From an uncultured delta proteobacterium (GTDB lineage: Bacteria; Myxococcota; Myxococcia; Myxococcales; Myxococcaceae): a stretch of 64,000 nt of DNA. Each line of letters starts with the position of its first letter. Positions within the stretch are counted from its first letter, which is position 1. Made by a program: the position numbers and the translations under genes. Positions 62,027 to 64,000 of the stretch are shown here, one piece after another. The DNA is taken from positions 320,001 through 384,000 of the forward strand of contig CAVYSY010000033.1 of assembly GCA_963771175.1 (NCBI GenBank), given 5' to 3'. The notes below the pieces were generated by a model. That model was not told the origin of the DNA, made no database searches, and saw only the letters and a program-made list of their open reading frames with translations.

Positions 62027-63257
62027 ATGGATTTTCGAGCTCGACTGGAGGCGCTCTCTGAGTTGCTCGGGCCCTGGTCCGAGCTCTGGTCTCGCTCCAT
62101 CCTCCAGAATTGGCCGGAGTCCGGCGCCGCCTATCCCGACTCCTGGCTGTCCTATGCGGAATCCCTCGATGAAACGGGAGAGCGGAGGCTGGACCAGGGG
62201 GAGCTTCCCGGTGAGTCCGCCGGCGTCGCTGCATGCGCTCCTGCTCGCGCTTCAGCGGCTGACCGGGCTGCCCTGGCACCAGGGTGTCCATGGGCTGACC
62301 ACGACGGAGGCCCAGGGGCTCAACGCCAAGAAGACCCATGAGATCGAGCGGGTCCTCGCCCTGCTCGCGCCGAGGACGCAGGCCATCCGCCAGGCGGTCG
62401 ATATCGGTGGCGGAATGGGACATCTCGCGCGCCTCTGTGTGAGGACCTTCGACTGGACCTTCCACAGCATCGATCGGGATGCCGCGCTGCAGGAGAAGGG
62501 CCGGGACTGGCTGCGAAGAACCCGGAGCCTGCCGCGGGACAAGCTGGGCTTCCTCCACGCCTCCGTCGAGGATGGGCCGCAGAGCGAGCTCGACCCGCTC
62601 TTCCGCGGCCGGGACCGGGCCTCGCTCGGCCTGCACACCTGCGGGCCGCTCGCCCTCACGCAGATTCGCAAGAGCCAGGACGCGGGCTTCCTCCTGAACG
62701 TGGGCTGCTGCTACGACAAGCTGGACGCCGCACGGGACTACCCGGTCTCCCGCTTTGGGGAAACCCACCGCCTGCCCTTCACACGGTACGCCCTGGCGCT
62801 GGCGACGCGGGAACGGCACCACAAGAGCGGGGCCGAGTTCGCGCTGATGAAACGGGTGTATGCGCACCGCTTCGCGTTCGAGCTCCTATCGAGGAGGGAG
62901 TTTCCCGAGCGCGGCTTCGTGCGGGCGGGGGATGCGCCCAGGGCGCTCTATGCCGGGAGCTTCGCCGTCTATGCGAGGAACCGGCTGGAGCGCCTGGGAC
63001 TCGAGACCCGCATGACGGACGCCGGGCTGGAGGCCTTCGAGGTGTCCGTCCGCTCCGAAACGAGGCGCATCCTCCTCTGTCATCTGCTGCGGGAGCGGTT
63101 CGCGAGGGCGCTGGAGGTCGTGCTCCTGCTCGACCGCGCGATCCTCCTGGAGGAGATGGGCTTCCGGGTCGAGCTCCTGCAGGTCTTCGACCCGCGCCTG
63201 TCCCCCCGCAACATCGCGCTCATCGCGTCCAACGCATCATCACCGCCATCGCGGTGA
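62027..63257 (+). CDS. SAM-dependent methyltransferase (Methyltransf_32-like); frameshift near 62215
   Basis: KKTHEI, VDIGGGMGHL, GLHTCGPLA, VGCCY and LSPRN. Confidence 0.8.
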
Positions 63258-63372
63258 ACTGTTTACCCAGGGATGCGGACTGGAAGTTCCTGATGACCCG
63301 AGCAGCGGGCTCCGCCCACCAGAACAACAAGTTGCGCCTCGGCCGGCGTGTGGCTCCAGGGGGCTGCACGGC

Positions 63373-64000
63373 TCACAGCTCGATGCGGTTGCGGCCCTGG
63401 ACCTTGGCCCGGTACAGACGCTCGTCCGCCAGGCGCAGCAGCGTCTCCAGGTCGGCGCCGTCCCCAGGCATCTCCGCGAGCCCGGCGCTGAAGGTGACGC
63501 GGAAGCGCTGGCCCTTGTCCCCCTCGAATTCGATCCGCGACAGCTCCGCCGCCGTGCGCGCCAGGATGTCCCGCGCCCTGTCCGCCGTGGCTCCCAGCAG
63601 GGCCACCACGAACTCCTCGCCCCCCCACCGGCACCGCAGGTCCTCCCGGCGGAAGCGCGTCGCCAGCAGTCGTCCCATCTGCATCAGCACCCGGTCTCCC
63701 GCCAGGTGCCCATGGGTGTCGTTCACCTTCTTGAAGTGATCCACGTCCAGGAAGCCCAGCGTCAGCGGCCGGCTCAGCCGCTGGGCATCCGCCAGCCGCG
63801 CGCGCAGGTTGTCCAGGAAGGGGCGGCGCAGCAACAGCCCCGTGAGGGCATCGCGCTCGGCGCGCTCGCGCGCCAGCCGCGTCCGCTCCAGCCGGGACTG
63901 CACGCGGGCCCACAGCTCCTCGCGCAGCACCGGCTTGGCGAGGTAGTCGTCCGCGCCCGACCGGAAGGCCGCCACCCGGAACTCCACCCCCGTGTGGGTG
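63373..64000 (-). CDS. Response-regulator diguanylate cyclase, 3' part; runs off the window end
   Basis: GADDYLAKP receiver end, DALTGL, DVDHFKKVND, I-site RREDL and RWGGEEF. Confidence 0.92.
   Translation of the reverse strand, partial: THTGVEFRVAAFRSGADDYLAKPVLREELWARVQSRLERTRLARERAERDALTGLLLRRPFLDNLRARLADAQRLSRPLTLGFLDVDHFKKVNDTHGHLAGDRVLMQMGRLLATRFRREDLRCRWGGEEFVVALLGATADRARDILARTAAELSRIEFEGDKGQRFRVTFSAGLAEMPGDGADLETLLRLADERLYRAKVQGRNRIEL

Overview
High-GC window from a myxobacterium (Myxococcota, probably Archangium/Cystobacter-like). This is inferred from gene content: many lipoproteins, eukaryote-like Ser/Thr kinases, Cys-rich proteins and EGF domains. Positions 1-40.5 kb are mostly core genes: alpha-2-macroglobulin, a nuclease-lipoprotein/DUF3396 toxin-immunity pair, a translation cluster (TrmJ-like, pseudouridine synthase, stand-alone EF-G, RhlE, two ABC-F ATPases), a GT2/GT-C/methyltransferase operon, OPT and DAACS transporters, SlyD, an orphan DNA methyltransferase, a Rof-like protein, a YcaO-TfuA pair, an ECF sigma/anti-sigma/Spy-like operon, a FabH-like protein lacking its catalytic Cys, and nrfHA of the CxxCH type. 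The best candidate for a new system is the tightly coupled minus-strand cluster at about 40.6-54.9 kb. It encodes a degenerate trypsin-like multi-TM protein, a 1074-aa tubulin/FtsZ-like GTPase, a membrane-anchored inactive tubulin-like paralogue, a membrane-anchored MrfA/DUF1998-type pseudo-helicase, two paralogous membrane Ser/Thr kinases and a small protein. It abuts a mosaic accessory island (about 55-62 kb) with repeated IS91-type fragments, gene scraps, an internally deleted IS3, an EGF-domain polysaccharide deacetylase and a Shedu-like nuclease. Many conserved genes carry single-base frameshifts that look like assembly indel errors. All family calls come from motif recognition only; no searches were run.
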